The translations under genes were made by a program, and so were the position numbers. From assembly GCA_013265495.1 (NCBI GenBank), contig MU058337.1, positions 1,604,777 to 1,668,776 on the forward strand: 64,000 nucleotides of DNA. Direction: 5' to 3'. The notes below the pieces were generated by a model, which did no database searches, was not told where the DNA came from, and was given only the letters and a program-made list of their open reading frames with translations. Below are positions 1 through 11,290 of the stretch, piece by piece. This DNA comes from Vicugna vicugna (taxonomy: Eukaryota). Numbering within the stretch: position 1 is the first letter of the stretch; each line of letters begins with the position of its first letter.

Positions 1-77
1 ACTTTGGAACATTCTTTACATTTAAATCCTAACAATATTCTCGTTGAGTTAATATAACTGGGATGAATCAACATGTC

Positions 78-260
78 TGTTAGTTAACCTTCATTAGATT
101 ATGCTTTGTAACAAATAGCCCCAGAATCTCAGGAACAAAGACATGCTTCTTACTCACATTGCTGTCTCTGTTCTGCATGTCCTCTTCCTTTTGAATCCAG
201 GCTGAAGGAGGGTCCATTCTCTGGGACATGCTGTTCATTGACTAAAGCAAGCCAAATGGC
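78..260 (-). mobile_element. Old MaLR LTR fragment (MLT1J/K-like)
   Basis: 'tatgctttgtaacaaatagccccagaatctcagg' and 'ccaggctgaaggag' resemble the reverse complement of old MLT1 LTR consensus. Confidence 0.55.
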
Positions 261-629
261 TGAGCGTGGACGCCAGTGAGGAGGCATCACCTCCTCTTCA
301 AGGAGGACAGAAAACAACCGATAAACATAATCTACCACAATGTATAAAACCCTTACAAAATGTGGGGGAAAAATAATACCACTCCTCTTTTCCCTCCAGT
401 ATTGGTTCACCTACTATCCCTCCTCTACTTCTGCTCCTGGTTTAGGACATGAACTCAGTCTATACAGGTGCACCACGTACTGCTTACCTGCAGCACTTGA
501 CTGATGTTCATGAAGTGCTGAGATCAGGTAGGAATGGAAGCATCTTCCCTGCGAAGGTTCAGAGGGTAGAGATTGACATCAGGAGTAGATTAATTTATAT
601 CTTTGACTGGACAGCTGCAGCACAGTGGA

Positions 630-795
630 AGGGTTGAGCAATCTCTGGAGTCAAGAGTCCTGGGAGGCCAATCTCAGCTCTGTATCATGTTGAGCGACCT
701 AACCCTCAACTTCGTCATCTGCAAGGTACGATTAGTGGCGGTACTTGCCTGTAATGAAAAAGTCCACACAAACTGTTTGGCACAGTGCTCAGCGA
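630..795 (+). mobile_element. MIR SINE
   Basis: 'ctctggagtcaagagtcctggg...cctcaacttcgtcatctgcaag...tttggcacagtgctcagc' follows MIR layout. Confidence 0.6.
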
Positions 796-829
796 GTTTT
801 CTTACAACTGGAGCGATTGTTTTCCTCTG

Positions 830-960
830 GTCCTTCATCCAACAAATATGTATTGTCTGTTGTGTCAGACGTGAGTCCTGGTGCTGAGGGTGCAGGTGGG
901 AAAGTCGTCATCTTGGCCCCGAAGGCACTTCTAGTTTAATGAAGGAGACAGAAGATTAAG
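830..960 (-). mobile_element. L2 3' end fragment
   Basis: 'ttcatccaacaaatatgtattg...gtgtcagac...ctggtgctgaggg' is the reverse-complement L2 tail. Confidence 0.6.
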
Positions 961-1104
961 AAGGGCACATGACAGAGGACAAGAAAACTAGGGTAAAGAG
1001 AAGCATGTCTAGGATGAGAAACCGAGATGTTTATAGACTGAAGAACATATATTAAGAGAGAGAAAATCAAGCTGTCATAGGATTTCACACCCTCAAAAGC
1101 ACGA

Positions 1105-1584
1105 GGAGTGGGTGGCATTGTTTAATGGGTACAGAGACTCTGGGATGATGATAAGTTCTGGAGGTGAACAGTGGCGATGGTGGCACAAGGTTGCGAATGC
1201 ATATAATGCTCCTGAACCGTGCACTTAAAAGTGGTTAAAGTGGAAAAGAATGAAATAGTGTCATTTGCAGCAACGTGGATGGACCTAGAGATTATCATAC
1301 TAAGTGAAGTCAGTCAGAGACAAATCTCGTGTGGTATCACTTATATGTGGAATCTTAAAAAATAATGCAAATGAACTTAATTACAGACAGAATCACAGAC
1401 ATAGAAAACAAATTTAAAGTTACCAAAGATGAAAGGGTGGGGAGGGATAAATTAGGAGTTTGGGTTTAGCAGATAAAAACTACCCTATATAAAACAGATA
1501 AACAACAAGGTCCCACATAACACAGGGAACTATATTCAATATCTTGTAATAATTTATAATGAAAAAGAACCTGAAAAAGAATAC

Positions 1585-1632
<48 letters not shown>

Positions 1633-1805
1633 GTATATATGAATATGTATATATAATTGAATCACTTGAGTATATATATATATAATTGAATCAGTATACG
1701 GTACACCAGAAACTAACACATTGTAAATCAACTATATTTCAGTTAAAAATGGTTAAGATGGTAAATTTTATGTTGCATGTATTTTATCACATTAAGAAAA
1801 AAAAA
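1105..1805 (+). mobile_element. Old L1 (L1MB-like) 3' end, split by a younger L1 at 1244-1742
   Basis: 'tgtttaatgggtacagag...gatgatgataagttctggag...cacttaaaagtggttaaa' resumes as 'atggtaaattttatgttgcatgtattttatcac' plus A-tail. Confidence 0.8.
1244..1742 (+). mobile_element. 5'-truncated artiodactyl-type L1 (ORF2 end + 3' UTR) with internal (AT)n
   Basis: 'tttgcagcaacgtggatggacctagagattatcatactaagtgaagt', 'cagggaactatattcaatatcttgtaataa', 'aacacattgtaaatcaactata'; flanked by a diverged duplication at 1225-1243 and 1743-1761. Confidence 0.9.
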
Positions 1806-1869
1806 GTTTTTGAAGGCACAGGGAGAGGCTGTCAGTCTTGGAAAGGTAGATACAGTCTGAAACTGACAT

Positions 1870-3990
1870 AACGTAAAAAACTAACAGAATTAGAAATATT
1901 CCTTGAGGCAGACTGAAAGGCATTTGAGGAGCTTCGTGATCTGTTTTTCAGTTAGAAGGAGAGGAGATGGTGACTCACAGAGGAGGAGACTGCAGTAGGT
2001 CTGCGCCTGCAGAGGCCGCTGGGGACTGAGTTGGTGCCTGAGGAGGGCCAGTTCTCCGAGGGGACGTGGTGCCGGGGTGTCCAGCTGGCTCGGTTGATGT
2101 GACGCGGCTTGCCGTGGTGGTACAATGGTGACAGCCCTCTAGCTTCTGAGCCTCACCCCGTGGACCAGGGCTCTTAGCGTGATGAAGTGGAGGTGAAAAT
2201 CACGTAGGGTTTAGCATCTTGGTCAGTGTGTGAGACAAAATTAGCATGAAGACAGAGCTGTTCCTGGAAATCTATTGTGATGACACCACATGGGTGACTT
2301 TACTTTCTCTTGACACAGCACAAGATTCGTCAGGATCGGGAGAGAGCAGTGTTTCTGGGGTTGAGCAGGGAATTGACATCACCAGCTGGAGTGGAAGGGT
2401 CATGATGTATGTGTGTGTGTGTACACACGCACACATGTATGAACAGCGGAGTCACACTTGCTGTGGCTGAGACACAAGATGAGAGACAAACCCCCCCCAC
2501 GGCCGGAGCCAAGGCTGATGAGGAAACGGTATGTTCGTGCATCTGCTGGCGTCTCCCCCGCCAGCCCCCTACCTACCCACGTCATGCTCATTGAGTAGAA
2601 TGGTCAGCATGAAGTTACATCATTTTGTATGAAATGTATTATTATTTCACTGAGCTGGTTTATTTAATATATGTTAATTAAATGCTTGAGAGATGCAACT
2701 CCAATGTAACATATCAAAACGTCATTATTAGAGTCAAGCAGTATTAGAAAAGAAGGGTTTTTAGGGGGTAGGGGTAGGTAGCTCTTCTGTTCTCAAGAAT
2801 CCAGAAGACCTAGACTGGGAAGCATTATTAGGGAGGCTGACCACAGTGCCTGCTGTGACCTTCCCCAATAGTGCCTGCTCCATGGCCGTCACCACAGCAT
2901 CTCAAGGGATGGCCAGAGTGAAGGAGGAGGGCAGAAGGGCAGTGGGGGGGAAAGAAACACCTGGGCACCCAACGAAGGCTGACTGTGTCTGGACAGAAAG
3001 GTGGGCCTGTGGGGAGACTAAAGACACATCTCTGCAGCATCTTCTTTATAGTGTCTGTTTTCCTCTTCAACTAGTAGTGGTACTGTTCTTTTCTTTTCTT
3101 TTTTTTTTTTCTTTTTTGAAATGGACTTTCCATGCACGCCTTTTTGGACATTTGGGGGTATAAATGTTGGCTTACAAATGGTCATTGAATTTTCCTTTGT
3201 AGTTTCTACAGCCTAGAATGAAGAGTGAGGAAAACCCATGGTGCTTTGCCCTTGGCTTTGACAAAGTGGGTATAGAGGATGCAGGAATCCTGAGTGATGG
3301 CAAAACTTTAATTGAAGTGGTTGAGCAAATGTGGTCCCAGGCTGGGTTGTTGTAAAAGTGTAACAATTACGTGGTCATAATACCTTCGAGTTGATTGTAA
3401 TTTTTAGTTCCTAAGGGCTTCTGTGTATGTCTTACAACCAGAAATGGACTCAGGGTAGATTAGGGCAGAGCTGAGGCTCCAAGGTCACGCTGAGGCTGCA
3501 CAGGAATGAGGCAAGAGAGAAAAGAATGTCTGAGGTTAAGATCTGGGAGGTCGAGCAGTTTCAGATAACTGAGGAGGTCCAAGGTGGGGATGCTCAAGGT
3601 GGATATAGCTGAAGGTCAGTGGAGGTCACTCAAGCGTGAGGGTGAGGGTTTGCAAGGGTCATCAAAATAAATGGCTCCTGGGGCACTGCTTGGGGGAGGG
3701 ATGTGGAGGACCAAGGCTGCAGACTCTCCAGGTGGGCAGGCAGGCAAGGCAGTGAGAGTCGGGGGCCACAGCCAATGGCCACGTGGACAGGGAAGACCAG
3801 CTGAGAGGCGCCCACTTCAAAAGAGACTGGTTGTGGAGGAGAGTAGATCAGGGGTCAAGAGGTGACTGTGGTTGATTTGCCTTGTTTTGGAAAAGTGTGA
3901 AATGGGGAACATGGAATGCCACCTGGGTTAGTAGGAGAACAGACCTTCACAGGAAAAGGATCACATTGTTCCAGAGGATGCTGACAAAAG
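1870..3990 (-). mobile_element. Fragmented, highly decayed L2 ORF2 remnants (interrupted)
   Basis: Purine-rich blocks typical of reverse-strand L2 ORF2 at ~2200-2400 and ~3280-3980; continuity between blocks is uncertain. Confidence 0.4.
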
Positions 3991-4549
3991 AAGCATCTTT
4001 TTTGTCTGTATCTGCAGGGAGACATTTACTGGGGGCCCTTAGATTTCTCCCCGTGGCATTGCTGATTACACACGCCTGCTCCTAAACTGGCGGGGAGAAT
4101 GGGGTCACTGCCATCAGCGTCGTAAAGCAGTTTCCCACGAACAGACTGAGCGGTGTAGGAAAAAAACTGACGTTCAGTTAACAAAGAGGAATTGTTGTGG
4201 AGTAGGCAACACACAGCATTAAAAAACCCCACACAAATATAATTAAAAACGGATTACATTTAGATTTATTACCAGCTCTATGAAAAAATGTAATTGCAGT
4301 CTACTCCCATTGGTCTGCGCTCCCAGGGCTTCACCGAAATTCCTCTCGTGCGAGTCACCAGTGATCTTCATGACACAAAATTGCTGCCCCTTCCCAGTCC
4401 AGATCCTCCTGGGTGATCCTTCACCGAGTTGCATGTTGGTAATTCTGAGCGAGTCTTTTCTCTTGGATTCTGATACATCACACCATCTGCTTGTCCGCCT
4501 CCCTCCCTAGTTATTGTTTAAACTTTCACTTTGCTTGCTTATTCTGCAC

Positions 4550-4757
4550 CAATGGTTGTCAACCAGGGGTGGTTTTGGCCCCAGGGGCTATTTGGCAATG
4601 CCTGGAGACGTCTCTGGTTGTCACTGCTATAGAGGTGCTGCTAACGTCTAGTGGGGAGAGGCCAGGGACACTGTTCAACATCAGACAGTGCCCAGGGCAG
4701 CCCCTCCACAGAGAGTGAGCTGGGCCCAAATGTCAGCTGAGCCAAGGTGAGCTGCCT
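4550..4757 (+). mobile_element. MER20 (hAT-Charlie MITE)
   Basis: 'tggttgtcaaccaggggtggttttggccccaggggctatttggcaatgcctggagac...tctagtggggagaggccaggga...ggcccaaatgtcag'. Confidence 0.85.
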
Positions 4758-4779
4758 GGGGTGGTTTTAGACTTTATTT

Positions 4780-5530
4780 TCTTCTCAGTCTAATTTCTCT
4801 CCTTACATTATCTCCTCTTTTCCAGGTTTTAAATGACATTTATACACCCCAAAATCTCAGTTTTATATTTTTGCACCAGATCTCTTTTCTGAGTTCCAAG
4901 TCTACACGTTTAACTGTCTACGTGGAAGTTACACTTAGATATCGCACGGGTATCTCAAACGTAGTACTTCCAGAGTGCGGCTGGCCCTTCATCCTCAATG
5001 TGCTCCACTTCCTCGGTTCTCCATTTCAGAAGAGCTCATGCTATCAACCCAGTTATGTCAGCCCAAGGCCCCAGAGTCACTCCTTATGTGGGAATATATA
5101 TATATATATATGAATATATATGTATTTTTTAATGGAGGTACTGGGGATTGAACCCAGGACCTTGCGCGTGCTACGCATGCACTCCACCGCTGAGCCATGT
5201 ATCGTCCCCCCCACCCAAAGTCATTTTTGAAGCCACTGTTTCTATAACCTGTTGCCCCCCATCTCATCCATCAATGAGTCCTGTTGTTTCTCTCTCCAAA
5301 ATACATTCTGACTCAAGCCACTTCTCTCCATGTCATTGTCATCTCTTACCCGGACTCCTGTGATGACCTTCTTACTGATCTCCAGGCATCCAATCCATTC
5401 TTGCTCCTAATTCTTTTTTCAAACCGTACCTCAGCAGATCTATTAAAAATGTAGCTTTTACCACGTCCCACTCATCGTACTAGGATTAAAGAAACCTGAA
5501 ACCCTCAGCCTGGCCTGCGACGTTGCTGTT
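4780..5530 (+). mobile_element. L2 ORF2/3' fragment interrupted by a SINE
   Basis: 'ccagatctcttttctgagttccaag...taactgtctacgtgga...atctcaaac' and 'ctccaaaatacattctgactcaagccacttctctcca' match L2 consensus. Confidence 0.7.
5125..5212 (-). mobile_element. tRNA-derived SINE (camelid vic-1-type), short form
   Basis: Reverse strand has Pol III A box (gctcagcggtggag) and B box (gggttcaatccc), then 'cagtacctccatt' and an A tail. Confidence 0.85.
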
Positions 5531-5544
5531 TAGTTTCATTGCTT

Positions 5545-5944
5545 CATAGCTCCTCTGCTTCTGGGACTGCAACTAAGTGCCACCACCTGGGGACCTCACA
5601 CGACAGATGTGTGTTGTGTCGTCATTCTGGAGGCCAGAGCTGAAATCGAGGTGTCGGCAGGCAGGGCTGGCTCCTTCTGAGGGCCGTTGGGAAGGATCTG
5701 TGCCAGGCCTCTTTTCGGCTTGTTCATGGAAGTCTGCAGGCTCTTCCTGTTCGCACGTCTGTCCCCAGGTTCCCCCCTTTTATAAGCACGTGAGTCACAT
5801 TAGGTTAGGGTCCACCCTGCCGACCTTGTTTTAGGCTTGATTGCATCTGCAAAGACCCCACATCCAAGCAAGTTGAGGCCCACAGGCGCCAGGGGTTAGG
5901 GCTCCCAGATGCGAACTGTGAGGACACGTGACTCAGCCTGTGAC
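5545..5944 (-). mobile_element. MaLR LTR (MLT1B/C-like)
   Basis: 'ttctggaggccagagctgaaatcgaggtgtcggcagg...ctccttctgagggc...tgcaaagaccc...ggggttaggg...cagcctgtgaca'. Confidence 0.8.
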
Positions 5945-5959
5945 AGCCCCCTGCTGGCT

Positions 5960-7075
5960 CAGTGTGCGGGCCAGGGGAGCTCCCCATCACCTGAGCGACT
6001 GCTCACCACCCGTGGCTGACGCCTGCCCTTCGTGAAGATGACAGGTGGCCCTGTGCCATGCACATCGAAGGTGGCAGTTCCTTAATCCACAAAGGTCACA
6101 CCTTTGAAAGCCGAGATTCTTTTAAATGAAAGACTGTGGAAATTGCACATTTACCTGCCATAAGGCCCAAATACATGTAGACTAAATAAATGCCTGTGAA
6201 CTTTCTATGCTTTTTCTTGACCTTGTATCAGTTCAGTTTGGTGAATCAAATTATTTCACACAGGTCGGAAGAGAGTCCCTCTCTCTCTCTGGATATATAT
6301 AAATATGCGTATATCTGTATAAAATTACGTACATCACGTAAGGAAACAAATGTGTTATTACTAATAAATTTAGGCGGTCTAGCATAAAAGGGTTACACCA
6401 GATAGAAAGTCCATGGAAGGTGCTTCCTTCCTGGTGGGGTGGAGGTGGGACGTCGGCGTGTAAACACACGCAGCTTTACAGATAGCAGTGTCTTCATTTG
6501 GACCGGAAAAGTCAAGGAGAAAGACTTGCACCAGTCTTTCAACAGCCTCCACTGGTCCATTAAACTGAAAATAGATTAATCTCTAGAGACAGTCAACTTC
6601 CCCGACACAGCAATTACAGTGAAAGATGGTGAAGTCCCAGACATCCATTTAATGGAAACCCACCGCCCGGAAGAGCTCCCTTCATAATTCTAGTCCTCGT
6701 CTTGTGCAGGCTGTCATCCCTATCTCTGCTGCCAACTTGTTCTCACCTTAAAAGGCCGAGAAGAATGAATCTCTGAACTTTGCAAGATGCTCTTCTAGAA
6801 AGGAGGCCAACTTGGGATACCTTGAAAGATATTAAATCGCCTTAAAAACAAAGTGAAACCCAGGAAAACAAAAGATGGTTTAGGTGCCAGGCACCAAGGT
6901 GACTGTCCCACGGACAGTTTGTTTGAAGGGATCGCCACATTGCTTAGACCAAACTGCTCCAGTTTGCTCCAGGAATCCAAGCAAAGAAACATATTTATGT
7001 ACGTATTTTTACAATTTGTTTCAGGAGAAATTTATTCTGAAGCAAAAGCCATCAGATTTGGTAAAAGGAGTTAAA
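5960..7075 (+). mobile_element. Fossil Penelope-like retroelement reverse transcriptase (stops and frameshifts)
   Basis: Colinear degenerate PLE RT motifs: HHLSDCS, CAMHIEG, FLTLYQFS/GESNYF, TNKF-GGL, FTDSSVFIWTG (6475-6507), FNSLHWSIKL, VNFPDTAI (6592-6615), WKPTARKSSLHNSSP, TCS...LQDALLERRP. Confidence 0.75.
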
Positions 7076-7229
7076 GTTGGATTCAAAGTTAAGTGGTAGT
7101 CTTCAAAGAAAGTTTTATATACCACATGGGGAAGGGTAAGGGTAACATACATTCGTCCGTCCTTAAAACTAAAATTTACTGAGAGTTGCTTATGGAGTGA
7201 GATGTATGATTTGCTTCCAAAGACTTCAG

Positions 7230-7395
7230 GCATGTTGGAACTAAAATGGGAACTCAGAGATAATCAGATCCCATCCCCCTCCCTGGAGAAACTGAGATCT
7301 CGAGAGAAGATACTCATTTATCAGTCAGACTGCGTGAAACTAGTTACTAAAGTACACAGTTTGTCTTCTGAAAAACATTCACCAAATGCCTAATC
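7230..7395 (-). mobile_element. MIR-family fragment
   Basis: 'ggaactcagagataatcagatcccatcccc...ggagaaactgagatctcgagagaag'. Confidence 0.5.
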
Positions 7396-7544
7396 TAGGC
7401 AGTAGCGATGGTTCAGGAAATCTGGCCACTCTTCAAAGCCTTTCAGAGTTGCGTGCATTTTTGCCGGCCTGCTGACGGCTGATCTCTTCTGGAACATGTC
7501 AGCTTGTTATTCTCCAGAGCAGTGAACAAGGTTCATCCCTTAAG

Positions 7545-8000
7545 ACTAGTATTCCCGAACGTGTGTGGAGGGGGTGGAATTCTCTGCGTACAATAAAGGG
7601 TTTGTGGGTTTTGTTTTAATTATTTTTTTTAACAATTAGAGATTTTGTGAAAGTTTATAATATTCCACATTTGTGTATATGTACATGAGTGTTGCAATTA
7701 AATGCAGTAGGTGATGATAAATAAGTTGGCTTTCAATAATAATTTTTAAAAATGCCTGATAGTCAAATCTAAGATTAGGTAAAATGCTTAATTTTCTCCC
7801 CGATTTATGATTCTCTGTTCTCTTCCAAATCTTCATTTACAAGCCAGGTTCCACACCATTGGCCAGTGTCTGTGCAGTTTGTATTCAACACATATCATTT
7901 TGCTAGAGCTACTAAATATCATTTTCAACTTTCCACAACCTGTTTGGCTGTTTCTTATCCATTTTTGATCCATAATTGCTTTCTCACACCTCTTGTTGGT
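7545..8000 (-). mobile_element. hAT-Charlie-like deletion derivative
   Basis: Minus translation QTLANGVEPGL*MKIWKRTENHK resembles the Charlie BED-finger segment (LANESMKPS.L.RHL...H); followed by an LSILPNLRFD C-terminal-like segment. Confidence 0.45.
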
Positions 8001-8224
8001 TAATCAGAATCTGTCTCAAGGAAGTAGCTGTATTGCTACAAAGCTCTTTAATCATGGTATTGAATTAACGCAATTATACGCTCGATGCACTAGAATTTTC
8101 ATCTAGGTGCTTGTACTTACAGCTTCCATTGCTTCCTTTGTGTTGTCTTTTTGAAAATCATGAAAAGAGGGAGACTTCCAAGTTGTGAATTTATTAGTAC
8201 TATCACCACTGGCAGGACGTGGAA

Positions 8225-8456
8225 AATAATACCTGCAGTTTCTTGCTGTGTGTCACAAACTGTTCTAAGTCTTTTTAATGCGTTTTGCTTATTTGATCTT
8301 CACAATAATCATTTGACATAAGATGCCACTATTATCCCCATTTTACAAATGAGGAAACTGAGGCAGGGAGGTAGAGTGACTTGATCAAGGTCACAGCTAG
8401 TAAACAGCAGTGTTAGTAACTAGACAGCTCGATTCCAGAGCCCATGCTCAACAGCC
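8225..8456 (-). mobile_element. MIR SINE
   Basis: Core 'tattatccccattttacaaatgaggaaactgaggcag...tgacttgatcaaggtcacagctagtaa'. Confidence 0.9.
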
Positions 8457-8585
8457 CTCAACTCTCAGATGACACACGACACTTGCAAGGAATTTTTAAA
8501 TGAAACTATATTTTAATGAAATTATTACCATTTGCTTAAATAAGCCATTGAAGTTAAATTATATCTAGGTAGACTATGTGCTCGT

Positions 8586-8662
8586 AAAAAAGGAAGGAAG
8601 GAAGGGGGGGAGAGAGAGAGAGAGAGAAAGAAAAGAAAGGAAAGGAAGAAAGAAAAAGAAAG
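8586..8662. repeat. Polypurine (GGAA/GA/GAAA) microsatellite
   Basis: Direct reading. Confidence 0.9.
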
Positions 8663-9453
8663 TTTAGTATTCTTCCCCTAAGCCTCCAGACCAGTAAAGA
8701 GTTTTTAATGCCAGAAGTTTGTGATACGGTCCTGCTCAGGAAATACCAAGGGCAATTCTTTACCCTTGGGTTTCTAAAAATGGTAAGCTCTAAGACATAT
8801 ACCAGTGCCTTTTAAAATAGAGGTTTAATTCTCTCCCTTACGTCAAGGTTCTAACCTACCACCGAGCAGGCCTAAATGCTCCTGTCACTCCAAGGCAGGG
8901 CTGCAGAGGCCTGGATCATAAGAGGACGACACCCGGGCCTCTGTTGGCGTTTTATGAGCCTGAGACTTAACGGGCTATTGCATGGGAACCGAGGAGGAGC
9001 CGAGTTCACCTGGGGTGGGTGGGTAAGATTATTCCCATTAGCTGGGAGTGGTTTCCCAAGGCCGTTTCACCTTGACTCCTGTCAGTGCCTTGTTTGGGTG
9101 ACGATTCCAGTGAGCTTCGGGGAGTGGCCACAGTCCTTGGTTCAGCTGTGCGGAACCTCTCCCATCAGCGTGGGGACCCTCCGCTCTGTCGTGCGCCTCC
9201 CGTGAGCTTCGGTATTTGTCAGTTTTATTGTTGTCATGGTAAGCTTCTTTCAAAAACGACCAGTAACTGTTCATTATTACCAATCAAGGCAGAGGGTTCT
9301 CCCACCATTTCCTTTATGCCGCAAGAACAAAGGAAAGGGCCGAGGCTCTGAGTGTGTTCACGTAGTATTCCACAGATATCCTGCTTTTTAGAATTGTCAC
9401 ACTGACTCCACGAAATGAGTGTAGCAAATTGTCTGGGACACTGTCAATGTTTT

Positions 9454-10118
9454 TCTGTTTTGTTTTGTTTTTGTAGTACCATCAGTTACCATGTGTCAGT
9501 TTCTGTGTGCAGCACAATGTCCCAGGCATGCATATACATACATATATCCATTTTCATATTTTTTTCATTAAAGGTTATTACAAAATATTGACCATAGTTC
9601 CCTGTGCTTTACAGTAGAAGCTTTTTTAAAATCTATTTTTATATACAGTGGCTAACATTTGCAAATCTCAAACTCCCAAATTTATCCCTTCCCACCCTCT
9701 TTCCCCGTAACCATAGGATTGTATACTATGTCTGCGAATCTGTTTCTGTTTTGTAGATGAGTTCATAGTGTCCTTTTTTCCCTTTATTTTTTTAAGATTC
9801 CCCATGTAAGTGATATCATATGGTATTTTTCTTACTCTTTCTGTCTTATATCACATAGAATGATGATCTCTAGGTCCATCCATGTTACTACAAATGGCAT
9901 TATTTTATTATTTTTTTATGGCTGAGTAGTGTCCATTGTATAAATATACCACAGCTTCTTTATCTAGTCATCTGTCGATGGACATTTAGGTTTCTTGTAT
10001 GTCTTGGCTATTATAAATACTGCTGCTATGAACATTGGGGTGCATGTATCTTTTCAAATTAGAGTTCCCTATGGATATACATCCAGAATTGCTGGATCAT
10101 ATGGTAAGTCTGTTTTTA
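9454..10118 (-). mobile_element. 5'-truncated lineage-specific L1 with perfect 18-bp TSD
   Basis: L1 3' UTR/ORF2 end on minus strand; TSD ggacactgtcaatgtttt at 9436-9453 and 10119-10136. Confidence 0.95.
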
Positions 10119-11169
10119 GGACACTGTCAATGTTTTGAATTTAAATGGTGGAGGGTGAGCAGCTGGTGTTCTGGGATGTGATCTCTTTACTTTCTACGGA
10201 GAACCCTTGTTTCTCAGAGATGAGAACTTTCAGTGACTCCTCACTGTAGCTAAGGTTCTGTTATCATTTCTGAAACAAGAGTTTTTTTTAATGTGCTAAT
10301 CCTATTTCCTAATAAATATAAAACACGGAAGTAACAGGACTCAGGGTCACATGAATTTTTAAATTTCTGATTCAAATAAAGTTCCATGAAATGGATTGCT
10401 TCCTAAAAAAAAAAAAAAAAAGAAGGGCCACTAACTTATGTATAAGAGGAATGACTCTCATTCCTCTTTCTACTTTTCTATAAAGGGGTTCGCTGGATTT
10501 ACATGTAAACAGCTTCCCTGAGATTAAAACTCTCCCACTCTCTGGGAAGTCTGCAGTGGTGGCCTCTGGGATTAAAGTTAAATATCCCAGGAAGACCCTT
10601 TCCCTGTGGCCCCCGGAGGCCCGTGGGGCAGGGGAGCTCTTTCCTGCAGGAAGCAGGGAACAGAGGTGAGTGGCTGCAGCCGGCCCTCCAGGCGTCTTCA
10701 GGTGAAAGCTACAAGCTCTGGCAAAAATGCAAAGAATTCTGAGGAGGAGGCACCTTTCCCAAGGCATTTTCCTTCCCCCTTCCCTTCCCCCATCCTACTT
10801 TTCACTATAAACAAGTGAAAAGGCCAATCTTCCCTTTGCTGCCTGTTGATCCGAATAAGATACCGTCCAGAGTGACCTTCCCAGCCCTGGGGGTAAGTCT
10901 GGGGGTCAGAGTTCAGGTGGGGTTAGGAACGTCCCCTTCAGGGTCTGCTCCCCCTTGGCCACCTTCCCTTAGGTGGCTCTAGGTGGGCTTTTGTTTGCCT
11001 TGAAGCCTTAGCAACCTTTGTTTACTTGGCAGGGCTCTTTACTGGTGACTTACAAGGCACTTTGCGTTGTGGGCTCTGCGTTTTAGAAGACGTGTTTGTC
11101 CCATGCAACGCTCAGTTTCTGAGTCATTGCCTTCCGCTGTATCTGAGCACTGATTAGGGGCTAATGGGA

Positions 11170-11260
11170 CTGATAGCCAACATTTATAAAAGGCCCACGG
11201 TGGGCCCGGCACTGTTCTGAGAGCTTTACGACATCAGTTTATTCATTGAAGCCTCCAGCT
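11170..11260 (-). mobile_element. MIR fragment
   Basis: 'atagccaacatttat...ggcactgttctgagagctttac'. Confidence 0.5.
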
Positions 11261-11290
11261 TTCCAGTTTTAAGGGTCTTCAGTATCGTGG

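Noticed and set aside
8115..8146. Minus-strand micro-exon ending in GTAAGT
   Set aside because: Weak acceptor and no partner exons or recognisable peptide
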